From the NCBI GenBank assembly GCA_041652475.1, contig JBAZHG010000004.1, positions 1 through 53,258 on the forward strand: 53,258 nt of DNA. Reading direction: 5' to 3'. Source of the stretch: Bacilli bacterium. GTDB lineage: Bacteria > Bacillota_I > Bacilli_A > RFN20 > CAG-826. The translations under genes were made by a program, and so were the position numbers. Below are positions 26,965-35,831 of this stretch, one piece after another (position 1 is the stretch's first letter; every line of letters starts with the position of its first letter). The notes under the pieces are model-generated. The model ran no database searches. It saw only the letters and a list, made by a program, of their open reading frames with translations, and was not told the DNA's origin.

Positions 26965-28205
26965 TTGGAGCCTGCCTTTTCTTTTTCGTAGGAAGCAATC
27001 AGAGCCTCGATGTCGACCGTTTCAGACGGAGCCGGCTCCGTTTCATCGGTCGGTGCCGAGGCGGCCTTCGGGGCTTTCTTGCGCTTGGTGGTCTTCAGTA
27101 AATACTCCATGGCGTCGACGGCCGAACGGACTTGAGCCCGGGCCAGCGAAGAGGCGACCTTTTCCACCAAAGCCCGGGGCAAGGTCAAATCGGCGATCTC
27201 GAGGACGAAATCCAAGAGGGCGTTGATGACCGGGAACGGCAGCCGGTAATTTTCCTGGATGTCGCTGATCAATTTCAAATCGGCCGGGGTCGGGGCCGTG
27301 TTGTGGTTGCGGTATCGCAAATAGTTTTTCGGATCGGTTTCTTCCATCAAGCGGATTTTCTGAGCCTTGGAAGTGGCGCTTGTGACCTTGGTTAGGCTGC
27401 GGCGCCGGGTTTTGGCGAAAGCGAACTTCGTCTCGAGGGCAGCCATCTCCCGCAGTTTGTCGAAATCGACGATGGTGTGGCCGTTGGTGACGACCGCGGT
27501 CAAAAAGATTTCGGCCATGGCCAACTCGTCGATGCCGTATAAGTTGGCGATGCGATCGACTTCTTCGAGCACGGCGTCGGTCAAGACCTCCGGCTTCAAG
27601 GTGCTTTTTTTCAAGACCTCATCGGCAAAGCCGCGCCGGTCGAACCGGGATTCGGGATGGCCGCTTAAGTGTCCGATGAGTGGTTCTTTCGGGCTTTTTG
27701 CATACAGCGGATTGCTGAAATCGGGATGAAAAACTTCGCCAAAAGATGCCGAATCCTCCTCATAACCATCAAGTTCGCGGGGAGCCTGATAGCGCAACCG
27801 CAGCCGTTGGACCATGGCCGCGCCGACGTATTGCTCCAGTAAGCCGCGGAGAATCACGTCGTCAAAGAAAGCCGCGGGACTTTTCGGGGCGAATAATTCG
27901 AAGATATGCTCCTGATAATCAGGATGTGGCTTTGAATAGGTTTTCAGGAGTCCAACCGCTTCGAGGGTGGCTTTGGCCATCGACAAGTCGGCAATGGTGA
28001 TTTGCATGTGGTTGGTCAAGGTGTCGACCAGCCAGGGTTGGCCGTCAAGATGTAAATCCAAAAAGGCATCCAGCGTCAAAAACAAAGCGGCTCCGCGCTG
28101 GCCGATCAACGGTTGGTACAATTCGACGATGAGCCGCCGGTCGGCATCCGAGATCAGGCTCTGTCTCCGAATCAAGTAGAAATCATGCGTGGATAAGTAT
28201 TTCAT
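26961..28205 (-). CDS. dnaB: Replication initiation/membrane attachment protein, Bacillus DnaB type (DnaD-like domains)
   Basis: 414 aa. The N-terminus ...FYLIRRQSLISDADRRLIVELYQPLIGQRGAALFLTL is typical of DnaB/DnaD-family winged-helix domains. It is paired with dnaI, as in Bacilli. Confidence 0.78.
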   Translation of the reverse strand: MKYLSTHDFYLIRRQSLISDADRRLIVELYQPLIGQRGAALFLTLDAFLDLHLDGQPWLVDTLTNHMQITIADLSMAKATLEAVGLLKTYSKPHPDYQEHIFELFAPKSPAAFFDDVILRGLLEQYVGAAMVQRLRLRYQAPRELDGYEEDSASFGEVFHPDFSNPLYAKSPKEPLIGHLSGHPESRFDRRGFADEVLKKSTLKPEVLTDAVLEEVDRIANLYGIDELAMAEIFLTAVVTNGHTIVDFDKLREMAALETKFAFAKTRRRSLTKVTSATSKAQKIRLMEETDPKNYLRYRNHNTAPTPADLKLISDIQENYRLPFPVINALLDFVLEIADLTLPRALVEKVASSLARAQVRSAVDAMEYLLKTTKRKKAPKAASAPTDETEPAPSETVDIEALIASYEKEKAGSK

Positions 28206-28454
28206 CGGGTTCTCTAATATTTATAGCATATACCAGACCGATGGTATTTTAAACGTAAAAATGCGTGCCAAACGGATTAATTTTTGCTTTTAACTGTGAT
28301 GTTTTTTCCACATGGATGCCGGAAATGGCGTGCCCGGCACCACTTTCCGCGGTGGATAATTTATTCCTTGCGCCATCATCAGGGACCGGAAATTATTTCT
28401 ATTGTGATTGCTAAGCGTTTTTGCTAGGATTTTATTGGTTTAAGAGGAGAATCC

Positions 28455-29276
28455 ATGAAACACTTCATGCTTGACGCTTACGGTGTCAAACACAACAACC
28501 TCAACGATGTCAAGCACATCCAGAATACTTTAAACGAAATCACGGCGCGCCTGAAACTGAACCCTGTGGCACCGCCGTTTTTATTGCCCTATTATTACGG
28601 GGTTGAGCCCGAGGACATCGGCGTCAGTGCCTTCGTGTTCCTGCGGGGCGGCCATTTGACGATTCATACCTTCCCCTTGTTGGCTTGTTATTTCGTGGAT
28701 TTGTATTCCCCCGACGATTTTTCCGAAACCAAGGCCGAATCCCTCTTCTATGACAACTGGGAGTTCGACAAGGAAAAATCCAACGTCGTCACCGTCGATC
28801 GGAGCATCGGCCGCGAGGAAGTCATCGCCTTTGAACCCCAAGACATCTTCGGCCCCCACGTCCTCGCCCGGATGAAGGCCAAGAAGCCGGTTACCATGGA
28901 ATACGTATTCAAGTTCCTGGAGCAGTTGGTCCATGACGTCGACATGACGCCGATCATCCGCCCCTACGTCATCTACGACAACAACGACAAGCCGAGTTAT
29001 CTGTCCGGTTTGACCATGATCGCCGAAAGCCACATCAGCTTCCATTACAACCTGGCGACCGGCGACATCTTGTTCGACATCTTCTCCTGCAAGATGTTCG
29101 ATCACGCCTCGATTAAGAAAATCCTTAAGAAGAAAATGGCGGAAATCCCCTCCTTCGTCGTGATCCCGCGCGGGACCCGCCACCAATATTTGAAAGAAAG
29201 CCTCCGGAACAAACGTACCTTGTCCGAACGTATGAAAAAGTACAGCCTGGCCTGGAAGACCAACTCTTTTAAGTAA
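28455..29276 (+). CDS. Tandem-duplicated, fused pyruvoyl-dependent S-adenosylmethionine decarboxylase (SpeD/SpeH class 1)-like protein; pseudo-dimer with one intact Glu-Ser processing site
   Basis: 273 aa behind the strong RBS AAGAGGAG. The N half has KHFMLDAYGVKHNNLND...GVSAFVFLRGGHLTIHTFP...FVDLYSPDD. The C half has GPHVLARM...LSGLTMIAESHISFHYN...LFDIFSCKMFD. Both align by eye to the SpeD/SpeH pattern G.H...E..GC....L.D...GVSGVVvisESHltIHtwPE.GYa..DvftCG. The ES-H and Cys are kept only in the C half (E191-S192 at 29025-29030). The N half has GG in place of ES and Pro in place of Cys. Confidence 0.7.
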   Translation: MKHFMLDAYGVKHNNLNDVKHIQNTLNEITARLKLNPVAPPFLLPYYYGVEPEDIGVSAFVFLRGGHLTIHTFPLLACYFVDLYSPDDFSETKAESLFYDNWEFDKEKSNVVTVDRSIGREEVIAFEPQDIFGPHVLARMKAKKPVTMEYVFKFLEQLVHDVDMTPIIRPYVIYDNNDKPSYLSGLTMIAESHISFHYNLATGDILFDIFSCKMFDHASIKKILKKKMAEIPSFVVIPRGTRHQYLKESLRNKRTLSERMKKYSLAWKTNSFK

Positions 29277-29291
29277 AATATCCATCTTCAA

Positions 29292-29320
29292 TTAACCAAT
29301 GTACGCTAAAATGGTAAAAT
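29292..29320 (+). promoter_or_regulatory. Candidate promoter of the pfkA-pyk operon (-35 TTAACC, 17 nt, extended -10 TGgTAAAAT)
   Basis: Hexamers at 29292-29297 and 29315-29320, with TG at 29312-29313. The RBS AGAGGGTG precedes the ATG at 29351. Confidence 0.4.
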
Positions 29321-29350
29321 ATTTTTTAGATTGATGCAGAGGGTGAACTT

Positions 29351-30310
29351 ATGGTTAATCGTATTGGTGTCCTGACTTCCGGCGGCGACTCGCCGGGCAT
29401 GAATGCCGCTATCCGCGCCATCGTCCGCGCCGGCCTCAAAAACGGCAAGGAGATGTTCGTCATTTATAATGGCTACAAAGGTTTGGTCGAAGGGCAGATC
29501 GAGCAAGTCGACCGCTCTTTCGTTTCAAGCATCATCAACCTCGGGGGCACCATCATCCGCTCGGCCCGCTTGCCCGAATTCGCCAAGCCGGACGTGCGCC
29601 AACGCGGCGTCGACCAACTGCGCAAGCACGGCATCGACGCTTTGGTCGTCATCGGAGGCGACGGTACCTACATGGGCGCCAAGAAACTCTCCGAGATGGG
29701 CATCAACTGCATCGGGCTCCCGGGCACGATCGACAACGACATCGCCTGCACCGACTACACGATCGGGTTCGACACCTGCTTGAACACCATCATCGGCGCC
29801 GTCGACAAGCTCCGCGACACGACCTCGAGCCACCAACGCTGCTCGATCATCGAAGTAATGGGCAACCGCTCCGGCGATTTGGCCTTATTCTCCGGGATCG
29901 CCTGCGGCGTCGAACTGATCGTCTCCAGCGACCATTTGATTCCCAAGAAGGACATCATGGACGCCATGCACGCCCAAAAGAAATCCGCCAAACAGCACGC
30001 GATGATCATCGTGAGCGAAAAACTCTTCGACGTCCAAGAACTGGCTCGCGAAATCGAACGCGAAGTCGGATTCGAGGCCCGAGCCGAAATCCTCGGCCGA
30101 ATTCAACGAGGCGGTTCCCCTTCGGCTTTCGACCGGATCCTGGCTTCCCGCATGGGGGCCTACGCCATCGATTGCCTGTGCCAAGGAAAATCGGGGCGCT
30201 GCATTGCCATCGTCGGCAACGAGATGGTCGATTACGACATCTACGAAGCCCTGGCCATGCAACGGAATTCCCATTCGCACCTCGTCAAAGTCATCGACAC
30301 TTTGAAATAA
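29351..30310 (+). CDS. pfkA: ATP-dependent 6-phosphofructokinase
   Basis: 319 aa. RIGVLTSGGDSPGMNAAIRA, GGDGTYMGA, PGTIDNDI and MGNRSGDLAL are canonical PfkA motifs. Confidence 0.95.
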   Translation: MVNRIGVLTSGGDSPGMNAAIRAIVRAGLKNGKEMFVIYNGYKGLVEGQIEQVDRSFVSSIINLGGTIIRSARLPEFAKPDVRQRGVDQLRKHGIDALVVIGGDGTYMGAKKLSEMGINCIGLPGTIDNDIACTDYTIGFDTCLNTIIGAVDKLRDTTSSHQRCSIIEVMGNRSGDLALFSGIACGVELIVSSDHLIPKKDIMDAMHAQKKSAKQHAMIIVSEKLFDVQELAREIEREVGFEARAEILGRIQRGGSPSAFDRILASRMGAYAIDCLCQGKSGRCIAIVGNEMVDYDIYEALAMQRNSHSHLVKVIDTLK

Positions 30311-30312
30311 CC

Positions 30313-31767
30313 ATGATCAACATCAACAAGAAAACCAAAATCGTCTGCACCGTCGGACCGGCCTCGGATCGGTATGAAACGTTCCTGGAACTCGTCAAAG
30401 CCGGGATGAACGTCATGCGGATTAATTTTTCCCATGGCGACTACGACGGCCACGAGAAAAAGATTGCCATGGCTCGGCGCCTGGCCGAGGAAACCGGCAT
30501 CTACGTTCCGGTCATGCTCGACACCCGCGGCCCGGAAATACGCCTCGGGTTATTGGAAAACGACGCCTTCGACGTCCCGAAAGACCACGTGTTCGCCATT
30601 TCGATGACACCGCTGCTCGGCACCCTTGAGCGAATTTCGGTCAGTTATCCGAATTTGTACGACGACGTCAAGGTCACCGACCATCTGCGGATTGACGACG
30701 GAAACCTCGATTTTTTGATCATCGACAAAGACGAATCGTCGCGGGAACTGATCGTGAAAGCGCTCAACGCCCACCGGCTTAAAAGCCGCAAGGGGGTCAA
30801 CGCCCCGTTCGCCCGTTTGTCGATGCCGTTTATATCGGCCCGCGACCGTGAGGATCTCGCATTCGGAGTCGCCCATCAAGTCGATTACATCGCCGCCAGC
30901 TTCACGCGACGACCCCAAGACGTCCTCGACATCAAGGAACTAGTGCGTTCGCTCGGCGGAGCTCCGATCCCGGTCATCGCCAAAATCGAAAATCCCGAAG
31001 GAGTCGAAAACCTCGAGGCCATCCTGCGCGTCTGCGATGGAATCATGGTCGCCCGAGGCGACCTCGGCGTCGAGATTCCGGCCCAGGAAGTCCCCATCGT
31101 TCAAAAGCGCATCGTGGCCTTGTGCCGCCGCTATGGCAAACCGGTGATCACCGCCACCCAGATGCTCGACTCGATGCAAACCCATCCGCGCCCGACCCGA
31201 GCCGAGGTCAGCGACGTGGCCAACGCCATCGTCGAAAGCACCGACGCCGTCATGCTTTCGGCCGAGTCGGCCTCCGGCGCCTATCCTATCGAAGCCACCT
31301 CGATGCAAGCCAAAATCGCCATGACGATGGAAGGCGAACTCGATTACGCCAAGTTGTCGCTGGAAGCCTACGAAAGCAGCGAAAAGGTCAATTCCGACGC
31401 CATCGCCAACTCGGTGGCCAACACCGCCATCTTGATTGGGGCTAAATTGATCGTTTGCTTCACCGAAACCGGAAACGCCGTCCGGCGCATTTCCAAAACC
31501 CGGCCGGTTTGCCCGATCATCGCCATTTCCGATTGCCGGCAAACCGTTCTTGAACTGGGCCTTGTTTGGGGCGCTTATGCCTTCTTGGCTCCGCAACTGC
31601 CGCAGCTGATCGAAGACATGGAAGTGATGGCCCTCCTTAAAGCCCGGCAATTGGGTTTCCCGACCGGTACCCCGATTCTTCTTACCGGCGGGGTTCCGAC
31701 CGGAGCCGGCAAAACCAATTTCATGAAAATACTGACCCTCAACCAATTGAACGAGGAAGCCTTGTGA
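30313..31767 (+). CDS. pyk: Pyruvate kinase (short form, no C-terminal PEP-utilizer domain)
   Basis: The start is trimmed to MININKKTKIVCTVGPAS (ATG 30313, 2 nt after the pfkA stop). Also present are MNVMRINFSHG, IIAKIENPEGV, MVARGDLGVEIP and ATQMLDSM. Confidence 0.95.
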   Translation: MININKKTKIVCTVGPASDRYETFLELVKAGMNVMRINFSHGDYDGHEKKIAMARRLAEETGIYVPVMLDTRGPEIRLGLLENDAFDVPKDHVFAISMTPLLGTLERISVSYPNLYDDVKVTDHLRIDDGNLDFLIIDKDESSRELIVKALNAHRLKSRKGVNAPFARLSMPFISARDREDLAFGVAHQVDYIAASFTRRPQDVLDIKELVRSLGGAPIPVIAKIENPEGVENLEAILRVCDGIMVARGDLGVEIPAQEVPIVQKRIVALCRRYGKPVITATQMLDSMQTHPRPTRAEVSDVANAIVESTDAVMLSAESASGAYPIEATSMQAKIAMTMEGELDYAKLSLEAYESSEKVNSDAIANSVANTAILIGAKLIVCFTETGNAVRRISKTRPVCPIIAISDCRQTVLELGLVWGAYAFLAPQLPQLIEDMEVMALLKARQLGFPTGTPILLTGGVPTGAGKTNFMKILTLNQLNEEAL

Positions 31768-32636
31768 AGCCGATCATCGCCATGGACATCGGCGGCACCA
31801 ACATGCGGATCGCCCTGATCGATGAGCGGTTTCGCATCCTCAAGGTGATGCGCTTTCCGACCCTCGTCGGCGACAAAGCCGCCTTCATGAACCAAGTGGC
31901 GGCGACGATCGAAGCCCTCGGAAGCGACATGAAGGACGTCAGCGCCATTTCGATCGGAGTTCCCGGCCAAGTCGATGCCTCGGGCCATATCAAAACGCTC
32001 CCGAACATCCACATCGACGACGTGGCCTTGGCCCCGTTTCTCGAAGAACGCTTCCATAAGCCGGTCCACATTCGAAACGATGCCGAAATGGCGGCCCTTT
32101 GCGAAGCCAAGCTCGGCGCCGGGAAACGTCATAAACGCACCTATTTCGTGACTATCTCCACCGGCGTCGGCGGCGCTTTGGTCGTCAACCACGCTTTGGT
32201 CAATTCCAGTTATGAAATTGGGCACACCTTGTTTCCTTACAAAGGAAAATTCTATGAATTCGAACGAATCGCCTCTGGCTCGGGGTTAATCGCCCTATGC
32301 GCCATGAACGGGCTCGAAATCCAAGCGACCAGCCTCTTTTTCAGCCTAGTCAACAGCGGCAACCCCCAGGCTTTGGCCATCTTCGAAGATTGGCTCGATC
32401 TCATGGCCACTTTTTTAAATCGAGTGCAGAATCTCTTCGAACCTGATATCATTGCCCTAACCGGAGGCGTCATGAAATCGCGCGACGTCTTCTTCGAGAA
32501 ACTGGCCCGCAAGGTCCATCGCGTCCCGGTGGTCCCCGCCGAATTCGGCGATGACGCCGGCTTGATGGGCGCCGCTTCATTGGTGTTGTTCGCCGCGACT
32601 GTTACCACGAAAACGAAATTAGGAGATGCTTTATGA
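31764..32636 (+). CDS. ROK-family sugar kinase (glucokinase-like) lacking the Cys zinc motif
   Basis: GTG start overlapping the pyk stop (GTGA). IAMDIGGTNMRIAL, NDAEMAALCE and ISTGVGGALV are ROK motifs. Where ROK kinases have GH...CxCGxxGCxE, this ORF reads GHTLFPYKGKFYEFE, with no cysteines. Confidence 0.75.
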   Translation: MKPIIAMDIGGTNMRIALIDERFRILKVMRFPTLVGDKAAFMNQVAATIEALGSDMKDVSAISIGVPGQVDASGHIKTLPNIHIDDVALAPFLEERFHKPVHIRNDAEMAALCEAKLGAGKRHKRTYFVTISTGVGGALVVNHALVNSSYEIGHTLFPYKGKFYEFERIASGSGLIALCAMNGLEIQATSLFFSLVNSGNPQALAIFEDWLDLMATFLNRVQNLFEPDIIALTGGVMKSRDVFFEKLARKVHRVPVVPAEFGDDAGLMGAASLVLFAATVTTKTKLGDAL

Positions 32637-33490
32637 AAATCGCCATCAGTTCCGATTCCACGTTGTCGATCACCCAAGTCGAAGCCAAAGAAATCGGCAT
32701 CTTCGTGATGCCCTTGAACGTCATCGTCGACGGCAAGGAATATCATGATGACATCGACATCACCAAGGAGGAGTTGGCTGTTTTCATGCGCGCCGGCAGC
32801 CGCATCTCGACCTCGACGCCGACCCCGGTCGAAATCGAAACCTTCTTCAACGATATTTTCGCCCAAGGGTATGAACAAGTCGTCCATTTCACCATTTCGA
32901 GCAAACTCTCGTCGATGTACGAGCTCTTCACGGTCACTTGCCGCGATCTCTACGGCGACAAGGTCCTGGTCATCGACTCCCTGGCCATCTGCTCGTTCAT
33001 GGCCAACCACGTTCTGATGGCGTTGAAACTACGCGATCAAGGATTGTCACCGCTCGAAATCAAAGAAAAAATCACCGCTCGGATTGGGATGGAATACATC
33101 ATCTTCGTGCCCGAATCGCTGACATTCCTCAAAAACGGGGGCCGGGTATCGCCCGCCGTGGCCGCCATCGGTAACTTCATCGGACTGAAACCGATTTTGA
33201 CTTTCGAGAATGGCGCCATCGGCAAGAAGGGCGCCACCCGCAGTTTGAAGAAAGCTCTCGAGGAAGAATTGATTTCCATCAAGAAAACCCAAATATTCGA
33301 TGCGGCTCGCTTCAGCATCGACATCCTGCAATTCGACACGACTCCGGCCAACATCGAGATGATGTACGCCATGCTCGAGAAACATTTCCCGGATTTTGAA
33401 ATCCGCCTGCGCCCGCTTTCAATTAACGTCTGCGCCCATACCGGGCCGGGCACGGTCAGCTTCGGTTTCAATCCCAAGGTCACTTCGTAA
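32633..33490 (+). CDS. DegV-family fatty-acid-binding protein
   Basis: 285 aa. MKIAISSDSTLSITQVEAKEIGIFVMPLNVIVDGKEYHDD..., TSTPTP, and LTFLKNGGR(V/I)S are typical of DegV. Its start overlaps the ROK stop (ATGA). Confidence 0.85.
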   Translation: MKIAISSDSTLSITQVEAKEIGIFVMPLNVIVDGKEYHDDIDITKEELAVFMRAGSRISTSTPTPVEIETFFNDIFAQGYEQVVHFTISSKLSSMYELFTVTCRDLYGDKVLVIDSLAICSFMANHVLMALKLRDQGLSPLEIKEKITARIGMEYIIFVPESLTFLKNGGRVSPAVAAIGNFIGLKPILTFENGAIGKKGATRSLKKALEEELISIKKTQIFDAARFSIDILQFDTTPANIEMMYAMLEKHFPDFEIRLRPLSINVCAHTGPGTVSFGFNPKVTS

Positions 33491-33735
33491 TTGCTTTTAA
33501 CTCCGCCAAGTTCTATAATTTGGCTACTGGCGATGATGAAGACACGCTGCCGCTAATCTGAATCAGCGAGGAATCGACTTGGTGCAAGGATTCCATCGGA
33601 TGACGGACAGTACCGCTTCGGAGCCGCGAATGATGAATTCGCCGTCGGCGGCGTTAACGCGCTCGAGAGCGCATCGAATGATGCGAATTAAGGTGGTACC
33701 GCGCAATTAGCGTCCTTATATGGACGCTTTTCTTA
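33491..33735 (+). promoter_or_regulatory. T-box leader of thrS (candidate specifier ACC) with promoter and terminator
   Basis: -35 TTGCTT (33491-33496), 17 nt, -10 TATAAT (33514-33519). Candidate specifier ...CAGUACCG... (ACC at 33612-33614). T-box AATTAAGGTGGTACCGCG (33686-33703). Terminator AGCGTCCttatatGGACGCT plus TTTCTTATTT (33708-33735). Confidence 0.85.
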
Positions 33736-33746
33736 TTTAGGGGGAC

Positions 33747-35672
33747 ATGACCATGATTAAGTTGACATTAAAAGACGGCCAACCGTACGAACTCCAAGAA
33801 CCCGTTTCCGGTTTTGAGTTGGCCAAAACACTGAACCCGAGCCTCGCCAAAAAGAGCCTGGCCTACCGCCTCGAGGGCCGTCTATTCGACATGAGACGCC
33901 TAATCGATCATGACGGAGCCCTGTCTTTCATCGACGAAACCGATCCCGAGGCCTTGGCCATGCTTCGGCATGACGCCTCGCACTTGATGGCCCAAGCGCT
34001 TCAAAACCTTTATCCCGGGATCAAGTTCGGATTCGGACCCAGCATCGAGGAAGGTTTCTATTACGACGTCGACGCCCCGAGCGTGATCACCGACGCCGCT
34101 TTCCCCGAAATAGAGAAGGAAATGAAACGGCTGAGCCAAGCCAATTTCCCGATTCTGCGGGAAGAGGTCGCCAAGGAAACGGCTTTGAAGCTCTTCCATG
34201 ACAACGAATACAAGGTCGAACTCATCCAGGACATCAACGATCAAATCAGCGTTTACCGCCAAGGCGATTTCCTTGACCTATGTTCCGGCCCCCACCTTCC
34301 GAGCACCGGCTACGTCAAGCATTTCAAACTTTTGTCGGTGGCCGGCGCCTACTGGCGCGGCAATAGCGCCAACAAACAGCTGACCCGCATCTACGGGACG
34401 GCTTTCTTCACCCAGGAGGCGCTATCGGCTCACCTTGAATTGTTGGAGCAAAGAAAACTCCGCGACCATCGGAAACTCGGCCGCGAACTCGGCTTGTTCA
34501 TGATTTCCGAATACGGACCCGGATTCCCGTTTTGGCTCGACAAGGGGCTGACCTTGAAGACAATCCTTGAACGGTTCTGGTATGAAGTCCATCGCCGCGA
34601 AGGTTACACCTTCGTCGAAACCCCGATCATGCTTTCGCGCGAACTGTGGGAAATCAGCGGCCACTGGTACAATTACCGGCAAAACATGTATACATCCTCA
34701 ATCGAGGAGAAAGACTTCGCCATCAAGCCGATGAACTGCCCGGGTGGGATGCTCGTTTATAAAAACAGCCTCCACTCCTACAAGGATCTTCCTTTGCGTG
34801 TCGGCGAACTCGGCCTCGTCCACCGCCACGAAGCCAGCGGCGCTCTAAGCGGATTGTTCCGCGTCCGGAACTTCACCCAAGACGACGCCCACATTTATTG
34901 CCGAAGCGATCAACTCATCAGCGAAGTGGTCCGCCTTTTGAATCTGTTCGACTACTTCTACGACATCTTCGGGCTCAAATACGACATCCACCTTTCAACC
35001 AGGCCCGAAAAGGATTATATCGGTTCAATCGAGATTTGGGACAAATCAGAAAAAGCTTTGGCCGAAGCCTGCCGTTCGATCGGTAAGACCTTCACCCTCA
35101 ATCCCGGCGACGGGGCTTTCTACGGCCCCAAGCTCGACTTCAAGCTCAAGGACTCGATGAACCGGATTTGGCAATGCGGCACGATTCAACTCGACATGAA
35201 CCTTCCGGAGCGTTTTGATTTGACCTATGTCAACGAGAATAACGAAAAAGTCCGCCCGATCATGCTGCACCGCGCCATCTACGGGAGCCTCGAACGCTTC
35301 ATCGGCATTTTGATCGAGCATTACGGCGGCGCTTTCCCCCTGTGGCTGGCCCCGGTCCAGGCCATCGTCTTGCCGGTCCATCAGGAACTGCACCTCGATT
35401 ACGCCAAACAAGTGGTTGCCGAGTTGACCAAAAACGGCCTCCGGGTCGAACTCGACGCCAGTGAAGAAAAACTCGGTTATCGCCTTCGCAACGCCCAAAT
35501 AAACAAAATCCCGGTCACCTTGGTGGTCGGCGACAAGGAAGCGGCCTCCCATATGGCGATGGCCCGTCGCTACGGCCTGGAAAAACAGGTGCCTTTTGCC
35601 CTTGACGAGCTGGTGCGCGGTTTGCTTGAAGAGATCGCCCTTAAGTCCCAAACGGCGACCGCGATTAAATGA
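33747..35672 (+). CDS. thrS: Threonine--tRNA ligase
   Basis: 641 aa with a TGS N-domain (IKLTLKDGQ), the editing-domain HDASHLMAQA, class II motifs (FRVRNFTQDDAHIY, GAFYGPKLD), and a C-terminal anticodon-binding domain. Confidence 0.95.
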   Translation: MTMIKLTLKDGQPYELQEPVSGFELAKTLNPSLAKKSLAYRLEGRLFDMRRLIDHDGALSFIDETDPEALAMLRHDASHLMAQALQNLYPGIKFGFGPSIEEGFYYDVDAPSVITDAAFPEIEKEMKRLSQANFPILREEVAKETALKLFHDNEYKVELIQDINDQISVYRQGDFLDLCSGPHLPSTGYVKHFKLLSVAGAYWRGNSANKQLTRIYGTAFFTQEALSAHLELLEQRKLRDHRKLGRELGLFMISEYGPGFPFWLDKGLTLKTILERFWYEVHRREGYTFVETPIMLSRELWEISGHWYNYRQNMYTSSIEEKDFAIKPMNCPGGMLVYKNSLHSYKDLPLRVGELGLVHRHEASGALSGLFRVRNFTQDDAHIYCRSDQLISEVVRLLNLFDYFYDIFGLKYDIHLSTRPEKDYIGSIEIWDKSEKALAEACRSIGKTFTLNPGDGAFYGPKLDFKLKDSMNRIWQCGTIQLDMNLPERFDLTYVNENNEKVRPIMLHRAIYGSLERFIGILIEHYGGAFPLWLAPVQAIVLPVHQELHLDYAKQVVAELTKNGLRVELDASEEKLGYRLRNAQINKIPVTLVVGDKEAASHMAMARRYGLEKQVPFALDELVRGLLEEIALKSQTATAIK

Positions 35673-35812
35673 TTGACAAGCAACGCCAATATTGTTAATA
35701 TAGACAAGCAATAAAATAGAAAGCAGAAGCGCCCCTTCTCACCTGATTCAGCCTCTGGATAGGTCAATAGCTAGTCGACAAAGATAAACGGGCGCTATGC
35801 ACCCGTTTTTTA
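35673..35812 (+). promoter_or_regulatory. infC-rpmI-rplT promoter plus L20-type leader ending in an intrinsic terminator (attenuator)
   Basis: -35 TTGACA (35673-35678), 17 nt, -10 TAATAT (35696-35701). A leader of about 85 nt is followed by the hairpin ACGGGcgctatgcaCCCGT plus TTTTTT (35788-35812), just upstream of the infC RBS. This arrangement matches the L20-controlled attenuation described for B. subtilis infC. Confidence 0.55.
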
Positions 35813-35831
35813 TTAGCAGGAGGATCTTTGT

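Noticed and set aside
30940-32225. Minus-strand ORFs of 268 aa and 216 aa opposite pyk and the ROK kinase
   Set aside because: These are antisense shadows. The plus-strand genes have canonical pyruvate kinase and ROK motifs and translational coupling.
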